Source: Octopus sinensis
Taxonomy: Eukaryota
NCBI RefSeq assembly: GCF_006345805.1
Contig: NC_043003.1
Span: 30,008,001-30,072,000 of the forward strand
Length of the DNA: 64,000 nucleotides
Direction: 5' to 3'
Made by a program: the position numbers and the translations under genes. The notes beneath the pieces were generated by a model. That model did no database searches, had not been told where the DNA came from, and worked only from the letters and a program-made list of their open reading frames with translations. This document shows, one piece after another, positions 1-12,224 of the stretch. Each line of letters begins with the position of its first letter. Position 1 is the stretch's first letter.

Positions 1-28
1 TTTGCTCTGACAGGCATTTCGGACGAAC

Positions 29-520
29 ATGCCTGGATCGGGTTTACCCTTATTCACAGGGGATGCAGGCCTTTGGTTTGCCCAGATTGAATCGCACTTT
101 ACCGCCCATGCTCTCCCTCCACAGCAGCAGTTGCGCATCTGCTCTACTCTAGCTTGCCTCCTCAACTCGCCACATCGGTCAGGGATCTGATAATGAGTCC
201 CCACCCAGACGCCACATATGCGTCAGTCAAGACAGAGATTCTCCAACGCAACACGCGGTTGGAGGAGAGTAAGTTCAATGAATTAATGGCTGATGAGCAG
301 TTGGGGGACAGGACTCCCTCACAATTCCTGCGCCACTTAAGGGAACTAAGTGGGAATGCAGCAGACGTGCCTCTGCTGTGAAAAATATTCTTCTCTAGGT
401 TGCCTGCCAACGTGTAGACAATGTTGGCCACGGCTCTGGTGTCTGTTTCTATTGACCACATTGCCATGATGGCCGACAAAATATTGGAATTTTCCGGCCC
501 ACCTTCATCATGGAGCTTGT
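29..520 (+). mobile_element. Gypsy (CsRn1/Kabuki-like) LTR retrotransposon gag fragment, frameshifted
   Basis: From ATG 29: MPGSGLPLFTGDAGLWFAQIESHF, then after a frameshift LPPQLATSVRDLI..YASVKTEILQR..EQLGDRTPSQFLRHLREL. The LWFAQxES and LGDRxPSQ motifs are typical of this gag family. Stops present. Confidence 0.85.
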
Positions 521-574
521 ATGCATGTACCGAGACCCCTCCAACAGCTTCTTTGACACACAAACTCAGCCATG

Positions 575-1010
575 CAAAAACCAAAGAAGGGGTGTTTGTT
601 GGTCCCCAAATTCAGCAACTTTTGACAGACGACAATTTTGAAAACACCTTAAATGTATTGGAATTGGATGCATGGCAAAGTTTCAGAAATGTATGTAATA
701 GTCTACTTGGAAAGCACAGAGTAGCCAACTATGAAGTACTTGTAGAAAAGTTAATTGATTTGTACAAATCATTAGGGTGTAATATATTGTTAAAAGTTCA
801 CTATTTGGATTTTGCATCTAGCTTTATTTCCTCAGAATGCAGCAAACGTCAGTGACGGACATGGTGAGAGATTCCACCAAGACATAAGTCAAATGGAAAC
901 TCAATATAAGAGGAAGTGGAGTCCCGCAATACTTACTGACTTTTGCTGGTGTCTTCAGAGAGATAGACCTGATGCTATACATAGAAAGAAACAAAAATAT
1001 TGTACCAAAA
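575..1010 (+). mobile_element. DNA transposase C-terminal fragment, tentatively CMC/Chapaev-3-like
   Basis: KEGVFVGPQIQQLL..LGCNILLKVHYLD/HLALFPQNAANVSDGHGERFHQDISQMETQYKRKWSPAILTDFCWCLQRD across a frameshift. The GPQI and GERFHQDI motifs are recognisable; the superfamily assignment is from memory. Confidence 0.6.
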
Positions 1011-1872
1011 AAAAAGATGTTCTTCCTTTAATAAAAGACGCAAATAACATTTTTCCTATTAATAACAGCCCATTTTGCAGAAAACTCACTTTAAATCTAG
1101 ATTTTCACAGAAAGTGGCCCACTTTCTAGCAAAAATGTACGCTTTAGTAATGGCCCATTTTATGAAACACTGGAGTCATTTCATGAAAAACAGAGTTCAT
1201 TTAGGTTATCTATGATAAAACTGTTCCAGAAAATGATGTTCTCTTCTCCATAGCAAAATCATTGCAGTAGTGAAATCAGAAACAAGATCTAGGATTGTGA
1301 CACCAATCCAAAGAGGGACAAGAAAATGGTCAATGCTGTCTGAAATAGAAATTGATGACTGGAACTTGTTTATTCTTTATTTATACCTGACCCTTGCAAT
1401 ATGGCCATGCTCATTGCCAGTGTTTAATAAAAAGAAAACAGCAAGTAATGTCATGGTCGGGACACATAGAAGAATGAAGTATAACAGATCCTCCAAACCC
1501 ATGTCAGGATTAACAGCAATAATTGATAAAGGTAACAATTCTTGCTGATTTAGAATCCCGAACAAAATAAATAATTTTTTTTAGGTGAAATTAAAAAGAA
1601 CTGGAATATTTCAAAGCATCCCAATGAAAAATTCCAACAACTTCAAAAGAGAAATTTATTGAGATATTTTCAAAAACATTTTTTCCTTTTTTAGATATTA
1701 CAAAGTAATATGCCTATTATTCTGGAAAATAATGTTGCATGTGCAAAAAAAATAAATATGGCAAAAACAAAAAAGTTATTTCTTCAAGGTCAAATATCTG
1801 TCTAGGCATCAGTTGAGCTGTTCCTCTGGTTGATTAAAGTCATAATTTGATTTTCTCCATTTCAGATAACCC

Positions 1873-2880
1873 ATGGATGAACAAACATTTTAAGATCACA
1901 TTCAAAGATCACATTCAGCATTGCATGATGTATGAATTTCATAATGGCAACACTGCAACAAAAACACATGCAGTGTTTATCCTGATGGAGTAAGCACTTA
2001 AAAATGCCAGAGAGTTTCAAAATTTAAGGTGATTTTGATCTTTCTGGTGGGCATTAATCAGGAAGACCTATTGTTCTGGATGATGACACCTTGAAAGCTG
2101 CAGTTGAAGAGGATCCACATCAAAGTATGAACAAATTGTCCCAGAGAATTAATACACCTTGATCCACCATACAGGAACGTGGAAAGGTACCACCATTCAT
2201 CCTGAATTGAAAAGGTTTGGTAAAATGTCAAAGGTTGGAAAATGGGTTCCACATGATCTCTGCAGACAACTGTAAATGTGTTGACTGTTGTGCATCATAA
2301 CAATCTCATGAATTGCAAATGCCTTTTTGGAACAAAGTCATTATGGGAAATGAAGAATGGATACCTTACTACTGTATAATGTTAAGCAAAACCTTAGTGG
2401 CTCAATCGTAGTGAAAAGGCAGCTCAGCAGCCCAGAAGTGACCAGCATCCAAGGAAGATTCTTCTGAGTGTATGGTGGGATATGCACAGAATAATTCATC
2501 AAAAGCTGCTAGACAATAATCATACAATAACAGCCAATGTATACTGCCAATAGCTAAGATATCTGAAAGTATCTTTGTAGCAAAAATGTCCATTAACGAA
2601 CAGAAAAGGAGTCCTCTGTCATCAGGATAACACAAAACATCACGCTGCACTAAAGTTCCAAATATCTAGAAGAATATGCTTGGAAAATTATGCATTGCCC
2701 ACCATGTTCTCTGGACCTCGCACTTATAGATTACCATCTGTTTAGAAGTTTACAAAATCATTTGAGTGGATTAAGACTTACTTCAAGAGCAGAAGTCAAA
2801 AATGAGTTAATTTCCCTTTTCACTTCTCATTGACAAATGGAAAGAAGTAATAAAAAATGGTGACTATATTAAAGATTAAA
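1873..2880 (+). mobile_element. mariner transposase pseudogene
   Basis: HIQHCMMYEFHNGN; SGRPIVLDDDTLKAAVEEDP; VGKWVPHDL (WVPHEL motif); NKVIMGNEEW (TGDEKW); HQDNTKHH (HDNARPH); DYHLFRSLQNHL. Many stops and frameshifts. Confidence 0.9.
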
Positions 2881-2929
2881 TAAAATCAGATATTGCTTTT
2901 TTTTTTTATTGTTTTATTAAGCCTTAAAA

Positions 2930-3390
2930 AATGGACAAAATTTTCATTACAACCTGATATAAAGAAGAGAGCAAAAAAGGTTTGTAGTGAAATCCAGTCT
3001 GAAAATAGTGATTTATATCCTCACACACAAGTATATACAGAGAATAATGTCTCTATATTAAAACATTATACAAACAAGCTGCATCATTTAACATAAATTA
3101 CTTGGCACTATTCTGAAATTGAGCAACTATGAAATTTGTAATAAAATAGTCAGCTATAAAACACTCCAGTTGTTATAAATGTGCTGTCTGCAGAGGTGTC
3201 ATTCAAATTGATCAATGATACACAATTAAATGACAGTAATTATTTCTGTAATATTGTAAAACATTCACTATGAATGGTTGATTAATCTTACCACAAATGT
3301 ACTGTGACAGGAAAGGAATCATATTACTGTGATATCAGTTGTAAAACATTCTCTTCCAAAGGTGACTTAAATTGCTGCATGCAAATAAAA
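2930..3390 (+). pseudogene. decayed C2H2-ZNF paralog (N-terminal leader plus about 2 broken fingers)
   Basis: ggtttgtagtgaaatccagtctgaaaat resembles gttcatggtgaaatacactctgataat in the 62.5-kb gene leader. 3241-3380 reads YFCNI-KTFTMNG* and TGKESYYCDISCKTFSSKGDLNC. Confidence 0.65.
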
Positions 3391-3918
3391 ATAATGCAGC
3401 AGTAATTTTATAAGTATTTAATCAATCTAATATATAAAACTATTTTGTCTTTAATGTAGACTGATGAGGAAAAGTTGACTAATTAGTCTTCAGTGTAGAC
3501 TAATGAGGAAAAGCTGAACACCTCAACAATTAATTAATGAAGGTTAGTTTTTAGTAGCTTGTTTATCAAGAATTTCTTTGTGTTAGGTCACTCTCTTTTT
3601 CAGGTGTAACTTTAACGACTTGTCCAACCTTCACTTAAATCAACCATTGATATAATTTCAAGTCAGTATAGTGCTGTCTCTTTATAAGGCATCTTGCTGT
3701 ACCCCGTCCCTGCATATAACATGGGTGGTTCGATGGACCCCAAATAATTTGAAGCAAAATTTCCCTCATTATTGCTCACAACTTGCAAAAACCTTGATTA
3801 AAAGCAGAATTTCAGCAAATTTCAACAAAATACATACCTTAATCAACAGCTTGAAAATATTGCCATATAATTGTGTGCTAATTACATGTTTTGTGTGCAT
3901 AATTTCTTTGATTTTGTG

Positions 3919-4940
3919 ATGAAAACAACATCTAGCATAGTAGCAGGAATAAAAGCAAGCATTCAGGTAGGACTCCACAATGAGGGGTCTTATCAGAATG
4001 CTCTGCTAAAGAGCCTCCCTGTACCTCTTGCTACATCTAAAAACACTGAGAAGACCGCGGATTCTGCTACCCACGAAGTTATTGCCATTGGGGTACCAGA
4101 AGACATGGCTGATCTTCAGGCATTTGCTGCCAACTCAGCCAAAGACCTAGGCTGCGTTCCCCCAACGGGTGCTCTCCGCCTTGGACAACCTGGCCCAAAA
4201 CCCAGGCTCATCAAGCTGACTTTTTCAGACCACGCTGAGGCAACCGCATACCATCTGGCCTCAGTTAAAGCTGGGCGTGAAAATCGGACTACCTTCCGAA
4301 CACGCCCAGGCTTACCACCCGATGTACGTCCGAAGCTACGTGCAGCGGCTACCCTGAACTGGAACTTAGCTCTGCAAGAAAGTTTCAGTCTTCGTGAGGA
4401 TGGACAAATCTGGAGATTTGTTAAGACTGGTGAAACGTGGAAGAGAGATACCAGCTGGTCTGAGTGCTCTCTACCCACAATAGCTGAAAATGGAAAAAAA
4501 ACTATAGCAACTCTGGGAAACTAAACCAGAACAACCTGCCATCCTCTACACACCATCATAAACTGCAAGCAGGGTACAAATTGTTGTCCTTAAATGCTCG
4601 CAGTTTATGCAACAAAATACATCTGTTCAACTCCTACGTCAGAAGTATTGACCCTGACTTCATCACAGTCACGGAAACATGGGCACATTCCTTACTCTGT
4701 GATGGGGTTTTCAACATTACTGGGTACAACCTTTTCCGCAAGGACCGCATTAACTGCCGTGGTGGTGGTGTGATGGTCTACGTTCGTTCAAATTTTTCGG
4801 TATTTCCTTGTGCTGATTTGAACGAATCACAAGAAGAAGTTTTTTCTGTGACATACGTATGACCATGTCAACACTCCTGCTTGGCGTTGTTTATCGTCCC
4901 CCAAATTACCATCAAGACACACAGCTTTGCGATATCCTGC
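3919..4940 (+). mobile_element. CR1/L2-group LINE: ORF1 C-terminal part and start of APE endonuclease, 3'-truncated
   Basis: ORF1-like VIAIGVPE..RLG..KPRLIKLTF. Then LSLNARSLCNK..DFITVTETW..GYNLFRKDR..RGGGVMVYV and, after a frameshift, LLLGVVYRPP. Confidence 0.9.
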
Positions 4941-5472
4941 GTTCGCCCGCCTTCGCTCATCTGTTCATTCGTCCTCTCGCAATTGAACATTCGCTTTCCG
5001 CCCACGCCTAGGCAGGATATTTTTCTTTCTTTTCGTTTCCACTTTCTCGTGCCTCCTTCCTCGCCTCTGACCTCCGGCCTTGTCTTCGTTTTCTCTTCGC
5101 AGCCGAGGACCCGGTCAGGTTACACCGCTGACCTTGTGTCGCGTCGGATGGGCTAGTTGTTGCTTCCCGGTCCACCACAGGCAACGTGGCGTCACCAAAG
5201 AGAGCGGTGCCGTCTGTCCGTTCCCAGACAGACCCGTGGCTTCAACTCCGGGTGTTGCTGCATCGCCGCCATGATGAGCATCATCCCGTTCCTCCTCGTC
5301 ATCCCGGCATCTCCACCTTGACGTGTCATTGAGGCCGATGCCGGCGACCACCACCATCGCACTTGCTCGTTGACTGCAGTTCGTGGCAGCCGTTTCGAAA
5401 GGCATCATTTTCAATTACAATTTCAAGCTACCTTGCAGATATTTAAAAAACATTTTGCCACATGAAAACACA

Positions 5473-6300
5473 ATGCATAAGAGGAAATCCTATTCTGTAA
5501 TGGAAAAGTGAGATCTGGTTGACAGTATGTGAAATGGCAGATTCAAAACCAAACTATCAAGAGAGACTGGCATTCTAGAGTCTACCCTGCATGGTTGGGT
5601 TAGGACGAAGCTAACCTCAGGAATTATGTAAATACAGTTCTGGACACTGAGGGCTTAGCTAGGAAGAAGGCCAGGACTGACAGTGAACTTGAGAAAGCAG
5701 TTTTCATCTGGTTTGTCCAGGAGCTGAGTGGCAGCACCCCACTATCAGGTGCCATTATCAGAACCCAGGCAGAGAAGTTTTATAGGCATCTGCATCCAGA
5801 GCAACCTGACTAGCAGACTGTTCTAGCCAGTAAGGGGTGGTTGTACAGGTTCCAGAATCGCCATGGTATAGATGCTGTCAAGATCAGTGGGGAGCAGAGA
5901 TCAGCAGACAGCCAAGCTGCAGATGACTTCCCAGCTACCCTGAAGAAGCATATGGAAGTAGAGTCCCTCACCCCAGAACAACTATACAATGCAGATGAGT
6001 CTGGCATCTACTCGAAGATGCTACCAAACAACACCCTAGCAGTAACAACAGATGCCCACAAGACCTTGGGCTACAAACAAGCAAAGAACAGACTCACCAT
6101 CCTCTTTGCCTGCAACAAGACAGGCAGCCACAAGCTTAAACTCCTGGTTGTGGGCAAGTTTCGATCTCCACTTAGTGTTTCAGACGATCTGAAGTAACTT
6201 ACCATCAAGGATGCCAGTTACTTGTCAGGCAGAGCCTGGGCTGCAGTGTCAACCAAGACCATAGCCAAATGTTGGAACAAGGCCCTTCTCAACAGCCAGA
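5473..6300 (+). mobile_element. Tigger/pogo (CENP-B-like) transposase pseudogene with internal deletion of the DDE core
   Basis: HTH region ELEKAVFIWF..LSGAIIRTQAEKF, ASKGWLYRFQNRHGI, LYNADESG, KNRLTILFACNKTGSHKLKLLVVGK. It then jumps directly to the C-terminal TIKDASYLSGRAWAAVSTKTIAKCWNK. Confidence 0.9.
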
Positions 6301-6399
6301 GCTAGAGTCAGAAAAAGAGGAATTTATGGGATTCACTGAGGAGGAGACCAGGGCAGTATAACAGCACCTAGAGGATCACCTAGAGGAGACAATAACCCT

Positions 6400-6780
6400 A
6401 CAACCCTAGTTAAGAAATTAGAAGAGGCATTTAGAACTGGCATCATGCCCAACGTACTGGTGGCAAGGTTGGCCCTCGACCAACACTTCAACGCTAAACA
6501 TGAAGGATGCGTTGTCAGAGCTAGGATGTGTGCTCTGAGGAACGAAAGAGTTGGAGCTACCCGAGAGGTGGAGGCACAATGAGGCAACAAAGTCACCATT
6601 AGGTCTCTGACAGATGAACAAGAACACCAATTACTCAAGCCCGAAAGGATGTGTGAGGCCTTTCAACAACACTTTGCCCGACTGTTCAGGGCAACTGGTG
6701 GGACAGAACGCAAGGTGGACTTTAGTGCCTACCTGCATGGCCTGCAATGACTCTCAGCAACACTGCAATCTGGCAGCTCA
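6400..6780 (+). mobile_element. Tx1/L1-clade ORF2 internal fragment (EN-RT linker)
   Basis: ARLALDQHFNAKHEGCVVRAR..TIRSLTDEQ..ERMCEAFQQHFARLF. It overlaps RHLNSKHEGC of the 12-16.7-kb element. Confidence 0.75.
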
Positions 6781-7307
6781 CAGCAGATTCTTGTCCTGCT
6801 CTAACTTCAGCCATTATCTCCAGAGGTAATGTACCTCATGTGAACGGAGCTATAATGAACAATGCGCTACCATACAGATGGTCGCCGGAAGTGAACCCCA
6901 TGAATGAGAACTAAATAAATAACCATTGAATTGCATCCACTTGTAAGCTTCTTCTTTCGAGTTCCAGATCCTAAGACTACAGAAAATAATTGTAATGGGA
7001 GAAGGAGATACTCCGCAGGTATCATGAACCTTCGAGACCCATTATAAAATGATGACCCCGATCAAGAAAATGGATTTCAGCAGCCACAAAGCTTTAATGT
7101 GGTAGATGCATCACCCGAACTACAGAATGGCAGTTTTCACTTGCATTCTCAGCTAAAAATCAATGGCCTGACATCAGGATATCTTCTCTCATTCAAGTGA
7201 ACCTTTAGAATTCAGGTTCTTTGCCTTGAACTCATACCTAGAAAAGTATTCATTTTTCTTACAAGGAAAATACATGGTATTCTTTCAAATAATCTCCTGT
7301 TGAAGTT

Positions 7308-7312
<5 letters not shown>

Positions 7313-7349
<37 letters not shown>
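7313..7349. repeat. (TA)n microsatellite
   Basis: Directly visible. Confidence 0.95.
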
Positions 7350-7351
<2 letters not shown>

Positions 7352-7449
7352 CCAAGTTCATAATGGGAAGTTTGCAATATATGGCAAAACACTACCAAAA
7401 ATAAGAACGTGGCATTTGCTGATCGGTCGTATTAAAAAGTAAAGATATC

Positions 7450-9730
7450 TTGTGCTTCTTGCGAATTCAAATATTATATTTGCATGTGTAACTTTATTCA
7501 GGAAGACGGAAAAGCTACAGAATTCCTTCGGAATCATGGTGTCCTACCCACTTCTGTAACATGTCCTCGATGTGGAAGCGAATGTGTATACAGAGAAGAC
7601 CAGCATATTTGGAGATGTAGGAAAAGTTTTACTGTCGCAAAATCGAAGAAGCGGCGTCAATGTGGCTATTCGATATCAGGCTTTCATGGGACTTTTCTTG
7701 ATAATGCACGCATTAGTCCATGGGAGCTTATCTTTGTAAATGAGTTTCTGCTTGGTGCATGGCAGCATAAAAGAGTCGTAGAAAACTTGGAATTGGGTCC
7801 AGCAACTAGTGTAGACTGGAGATCATTTTGTTCCAAAGTTACGGAAAAGTGGCTTCAATCTCAGGAAGCGATCGGCGCCGAATCAGGCCAAGCAGCCAAG
7901 ATTCCAGAAATATATGAAGAAGGACAGCGGTGAGGTCGAACTAGCACCGACACCCAAGAGAAAAGAATGGTACGATAAAAGGACCATCATATACAGGGTG
8001 TTCGCAAGCGAAAGAAGATAGAAGTTGTGAACATGGAGTGGATAGAGGAGGCGCTAAGAAGAACGGAAGAGGAGATTAATTTTCTGACGCGAGGGTCAAA
8101 GTATGGTACTGTAGTAGTACAGTTTAAAAGTGAGATTGCAGCAAGGAAGATGGCGGCGAAGGCGGCGAAATCCGAGAAGGTAATACTTTTGCCTACGTAT
8201 CTAAATAGAAGAATTACACGTGTAAGGGTCGAGGGAGTGCCCCCAAACGTTGAGGCCGAGTGGATTGTGGCGGCTGTGATCAGCGGCCACGAGGAGGAAG
8301 TGGACATTCTCCATGCCTCGGTTAAGACCGAGGGCTGGAGAGGCGTGACAGTGGAACTGAACGTGCAGGCAGAGAACGATGTACTGGTGTACCTGGCGGA
8401 AAGCATCAGATTGGGAGACGTAATCATGAGAGTGTGGGTGGAGGGCAGAGCTCCACGTTGTTACAAGTGTGGCCTGAGGGGTCACATAAGAGCCTACTGC
8501 CCTCCCCTAGTGAAAGAAATGGATTCCGGACCACAGAGAGAGGAGGAAAAGGAGCAGAAACCAGAGGAGAAGGAGACAGTAGAAGAGGAAGAGAATTCAC
8601 AGGAATGGAAGGAAGCTGGGAAGAAGAGGAAGAGGAGAATAAGAGGAAGGGAAAATAACACAGAACACCAATCCACCCCAATATCACCCACACCCTCTGA
8701 GTCCCACCCTATCCCTGCAGACACTGAACCCACCCGCTCCCCTCCAACAAGAAAACAGAAAAGAAAAGACACACAAAACCAAGACACAAAAAATGAACCC
8801 AGGCCAAACATTGTATGTATGACGGGAAAAGAAAAGATTAAAAAGAAAATGGAAGAGTATCAATGGTGTGACAGAGGAAAGATCAGGTATGCAGTAATTG
8901 GAAAAGGACGAATGGATGAGTTTATGGAAATGTGTGAAGGGGAGGATTGGGAAGTAAGTGAAGTGAGAATGGTTGAAAAAATCATGAGGGATTTGGAAGA
9001 GACGTTTGAAAAAAGGATGGAGATGGAAGGATTTTGTATAGGAACAGAACAAGGAACATTTGTGTGGGATTAAAGGACAGGTAAGTGATGCTAGCAGATG
9101 GGGCCATTGACACCACTTTCATATATCATTTTCATATTTCATTTTGCCCATATCTATGTAATTGTGATGTTCTATGTCCCCAATGTTTGTAACGTCCCCT
9201 CTATGTAGCCCCTAGTGGGTAATAAAAAATCAAATCAAAGTCAAAATTGATGAGACTTTGATTGGTTCGTCATAAGTACGGGAGGGGTCGAATTTTGAGC
9301 CAAGTTTGGTTGTTTGGTGGAATAGAGCGAACCAGTAAGCGTCGTTTTGTTGTGCCTCTCATTAATAAGCGTAACAAAGCGACACTGATTCCTCTGATCC
9401 AAAAACATATCAAACCTGGCTCAATTATTTACAGCGATTCTTGGGCTGCCTACAAAGCAGTTTGGGTTACCACTATTTAGTGATAAACCATTCTGAAAAC
9501 TTTGTACATCTGACACACAAACACATACACACACAAAACGTTTGTGGAGAGATGTAAAAGAATGGATTCAGCGACCAGGCATGCGGTCGAAATATTTAAA
9601 TCAATATCTGTCTAGATATTTATTTATCTCCTCGGAGAGAAATAAATTTTTGTTACTCCACAAATTCTTTCGACAGGCTGCCAAATTATACGTACCCCTC
9701 ACAGAACAGTCACACTTTCTGACTGCTTAA
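7450..9730 (+). mobile_element. Merlin (ISXO2/IS1595-like) DDE transposase split by an insertion at about 7878-9239
   Basis: 5' part: FLRNHGVLP..CPRCG..WRCRK..SVDWRSFC..EAIG. 3' part: VKIDETL..KYGRGR..VWLFGGIER..LIPLIQKHIKPGSIIYSDSWAAY..NHSENFV..WRDVK..YLSRYLF. Confidence 0.9.
7878..9239 (+). mobile_element. ORF1-only (HAL1-like) non-autonomous Tx1/L1 derivative, 5'-truncated
   Basis: 348-aa ORF (8027-9073) with a CCHC knuckle (RCYKCGLRGHIRAYC), homologous to ORF1 at 12225. The homology extends upstream past a frameshift (FQKYMKK..RTIIYRVF). No ORF2 follows; instead a ~165-nt 3'UTR, AATAAA at 9221 and an atcaaatcaaa tail. Confidence 0.75.
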
Positions 9731-9819
9731 TCGCAATTCCAGGGGTGCTAATGTAGATTTGCACCTGAGAGGCTATATGTAGCAATATTGCTATTCTCAC
9801 TGTTTGAGAAAATCATTTC

Positions 9820-10045
9820 AATTGAGCCATGTTAAAGATTCTGGCCAAGGTGCTTGCAAAGAGAGTTAGGGTTGTCGTGGGCGACCTGGTGGGAGAAGCA
9901 CAGACATGTGCCATCCCAGGAAGGATGATACGAGACAACCTTCACCTCATTCGCTACACCATAGAGTGGGTGGGTAAAATGCATGGCAACGGTGGGGCAC
10001 TGGTGAATTTGGACCAGTCTAAGGCGTTTCATAGGGTTGACCACA
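9820..10045 (+). mobile_element. Tx1/L1 RT fragment
   Basis: LKILAKVLAKR..QTCAIPGR..DNLHLIRY..LDQSKAFHRVDH, near-identical in motif to 14900-15130. Confidence 0.9.
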
Positions 10046-10047
10046 AA

Positions 10048-10136
10048 TTATTGCTTATTGTCCCTACCGATACGTTTTGTACATATACCCAAATAAAGAG
10101 TGTTATATTGTTCGGATGCTTTCTTGTTCTTTACAT
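10048..10136 (+). mobile_element. possible LTR U5 end
   Basis: aataaagag..ttcttgttctttaca resembles the aataaagag..ttcttgt segment of the LTR at 17.5-18.3 kb and ends in TTACA. Confidence 0.35.
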
Positions 10137-10199
10137 CAATATTTTTAGAAACAAAGAGGAAACTGTATTTTGCACTGATAGGGCTGTGTTGCCAATGTT

Positions 10200-11996
10200 G
10201 GTGTTGATAAAGGTGCATGTGTAAATGATGGTGTTGTCAAAGGTGCATGTGAAGGTTCAAAGATGGTTGTGGCAGTGGTGTCATCAAAAGATGTGGACAC
10301 CTCAAAATATGCCCTTTTAAGATGATCTATGGAGACGGTCTCCGAACGACCATTAATGTCAAGTTTGAATATTTTCGACATGCGGGAAAGCACACGCAAA
10401 AGTCCTTTATAAGGAGAAACAAGACGTCCTTTGACAATCATCTCGAACAAAAACAGGTGTCCAAGAGTCAAGATCTGATGGCACATTAGAAGGAGGATTT
10501 TGGTGTCGGGGACCCATAGGAGGAAGGGCAGAAAAATAAATGCGTAGTCGAGCAACATAAGACTCTAAATTAACAGACTGTGATTTGTCTGGCACCATCA
10601 TCATACCAGGTAATGCCAGTGTGGTACCAGAAGAAAAACCAAGGTCTGCTTTAACCGCAGCCCAACATCCAAGCAGGACGATAGGAAGAAATACAGTCCA
10701 CAACTGTGGATTCGGCGAGGCACGCAACGCGGCCTTAAGTTGCCTGTGGAAACGCTCCACCATCCCATTAGAAGCGGGATGGTAACTAGTGGTGCATATA
10801 TGATGCACCCTCATATGATGCATCGTGGTCGACAATTCGAAGCTGTTTTATTTCGTGAGTTATCACGATCTGTGGTTAAACTGGACGGTACACCGAACCT
10901 AGAAATCCAGCTAGACATGAAGGCTTTCGCAACAGTTTCAGCAGAAATGTCTGCGATAGGAATAGCTTCCGGCCAACATGAGAAACGATCGATACAAGTT
11001 AAAATATATGAGAAACCGCGACTCACAGGCCATGGTCCAACCAAATCAAGGCAAAAATGGGCCTCAGGAGAAGAAAACTGTCCAAGTGGAGCACGAATGT
11101 ATCTATGGACTTTAGCACTCTAGCACTTCCAAACAAGAGTGTGCCTAAGAGGTAATCGATTGCCGCATATTGGGCCAGAAGAACCAAGCAGTAACAAGCT
11201 TTACTGTGGCAGAGATGCCTGGATGTGACAATGAATGAAGGGCATCAAAACCAGAACGTTGATGGTTCTCAGGTACTAACGGCCTAGGAGAACCGGTGGA
11301 GATGTCACAAAGAATAGAGTTTCTGCTGAAGGGGGCGGATGGTAGGCAAACTTACAATTGATAAACTTGGACGAAGTTAAATCCAACTCCGCTAAAGGTG
11401 GTTGATCCTGTGAAATAGCAGTTAAGTCAATTGCTGCAGGAGAGGAAATGGAATTGACAGGGAACCTAGAGAGAGCATCAGCTGGAACGTTCTCCTTCCC
11501 TGGCACATTTCGAATGTCAATTGTAAACTGAGAAATATAGTCCAGGTGACGGAAAGCACGAGGGGAGAGTTTATTTGTTTTGGAAGATAGTGCAAACGTA
11601 AGGGGCTTGTGATCAGTATAAATCACAAACTCTCGTCCCTCGAGCTGGTGCTGAAAATGTCGAACTGACAGATAGATCGCTAGTAACTCACGATCAAAAG
11701 TACTATATCTGCGTTCAGCAGGCTGAAGCTAGCAAGAAAAGAAAGCCAATGGTTTAGTTTCACCATCTACGGTGTGCTGCAAGACAGCGCCAATTGCAGA
11801 ATCTGATGTGTCCACAGATAAAGTAAGTGGAGCATCAGGAGCCGGATGTGCTAGAACAGGAACTGAAGCTAGTTCCTTTTTAACCAACTCAAAGGCAGAC
11901 AGTGCTTCAGCTGAAAGAGTAAGACGGGCGTCTTTTTTTGAATTGCCCTTTAGCATCTGCGTTAAAGGAAACAACTTGTCTGCACACCGGTTTATG
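10200..11996 (-). mobile_element. Gypsy pol 3' part (RT thumb, RNase H, integrase), disrupted
   Basis: [91 protein letters not shown]. Confidence 0.95.
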
Positions 11997-12224
11997 TTAC
12001 TTGTCTAGGGACACCTCTTTCATCTGTGTTTTGAGAATTTTGCTGCCTTTTTGTTGAGTGAGTTCGTATTTTTTGTTCGTCGTTGTTTGTGTTTACTCGT
12101 AAATTGAACAGTTGTCCGTTGTGTAACGGTAATTTTCGCCCTACGGGGCAGAAAATTCTGTGTTTAAACATTGTCATTACCTTCGAGGTAATATTTTTGA
12201 AACATTTGTTCTCTAATTTGAGAA

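Noticed and set aside
1240-1350. Possible minus-strand ZNF-type acceptor (tttctatttcAG at ~1340) partnering the orphan donor at 20428
   Set aside because: Only weak similarity to the ZNF leader, and no fingers follow before the TE fragments. Cannot be supported without RNA data.
6830-7305. Coding-looking segment between the Tx1 fragment and (TA)n
   Set aside because: The frames I translated contain stops and no recognisable motif. Left unannotated.
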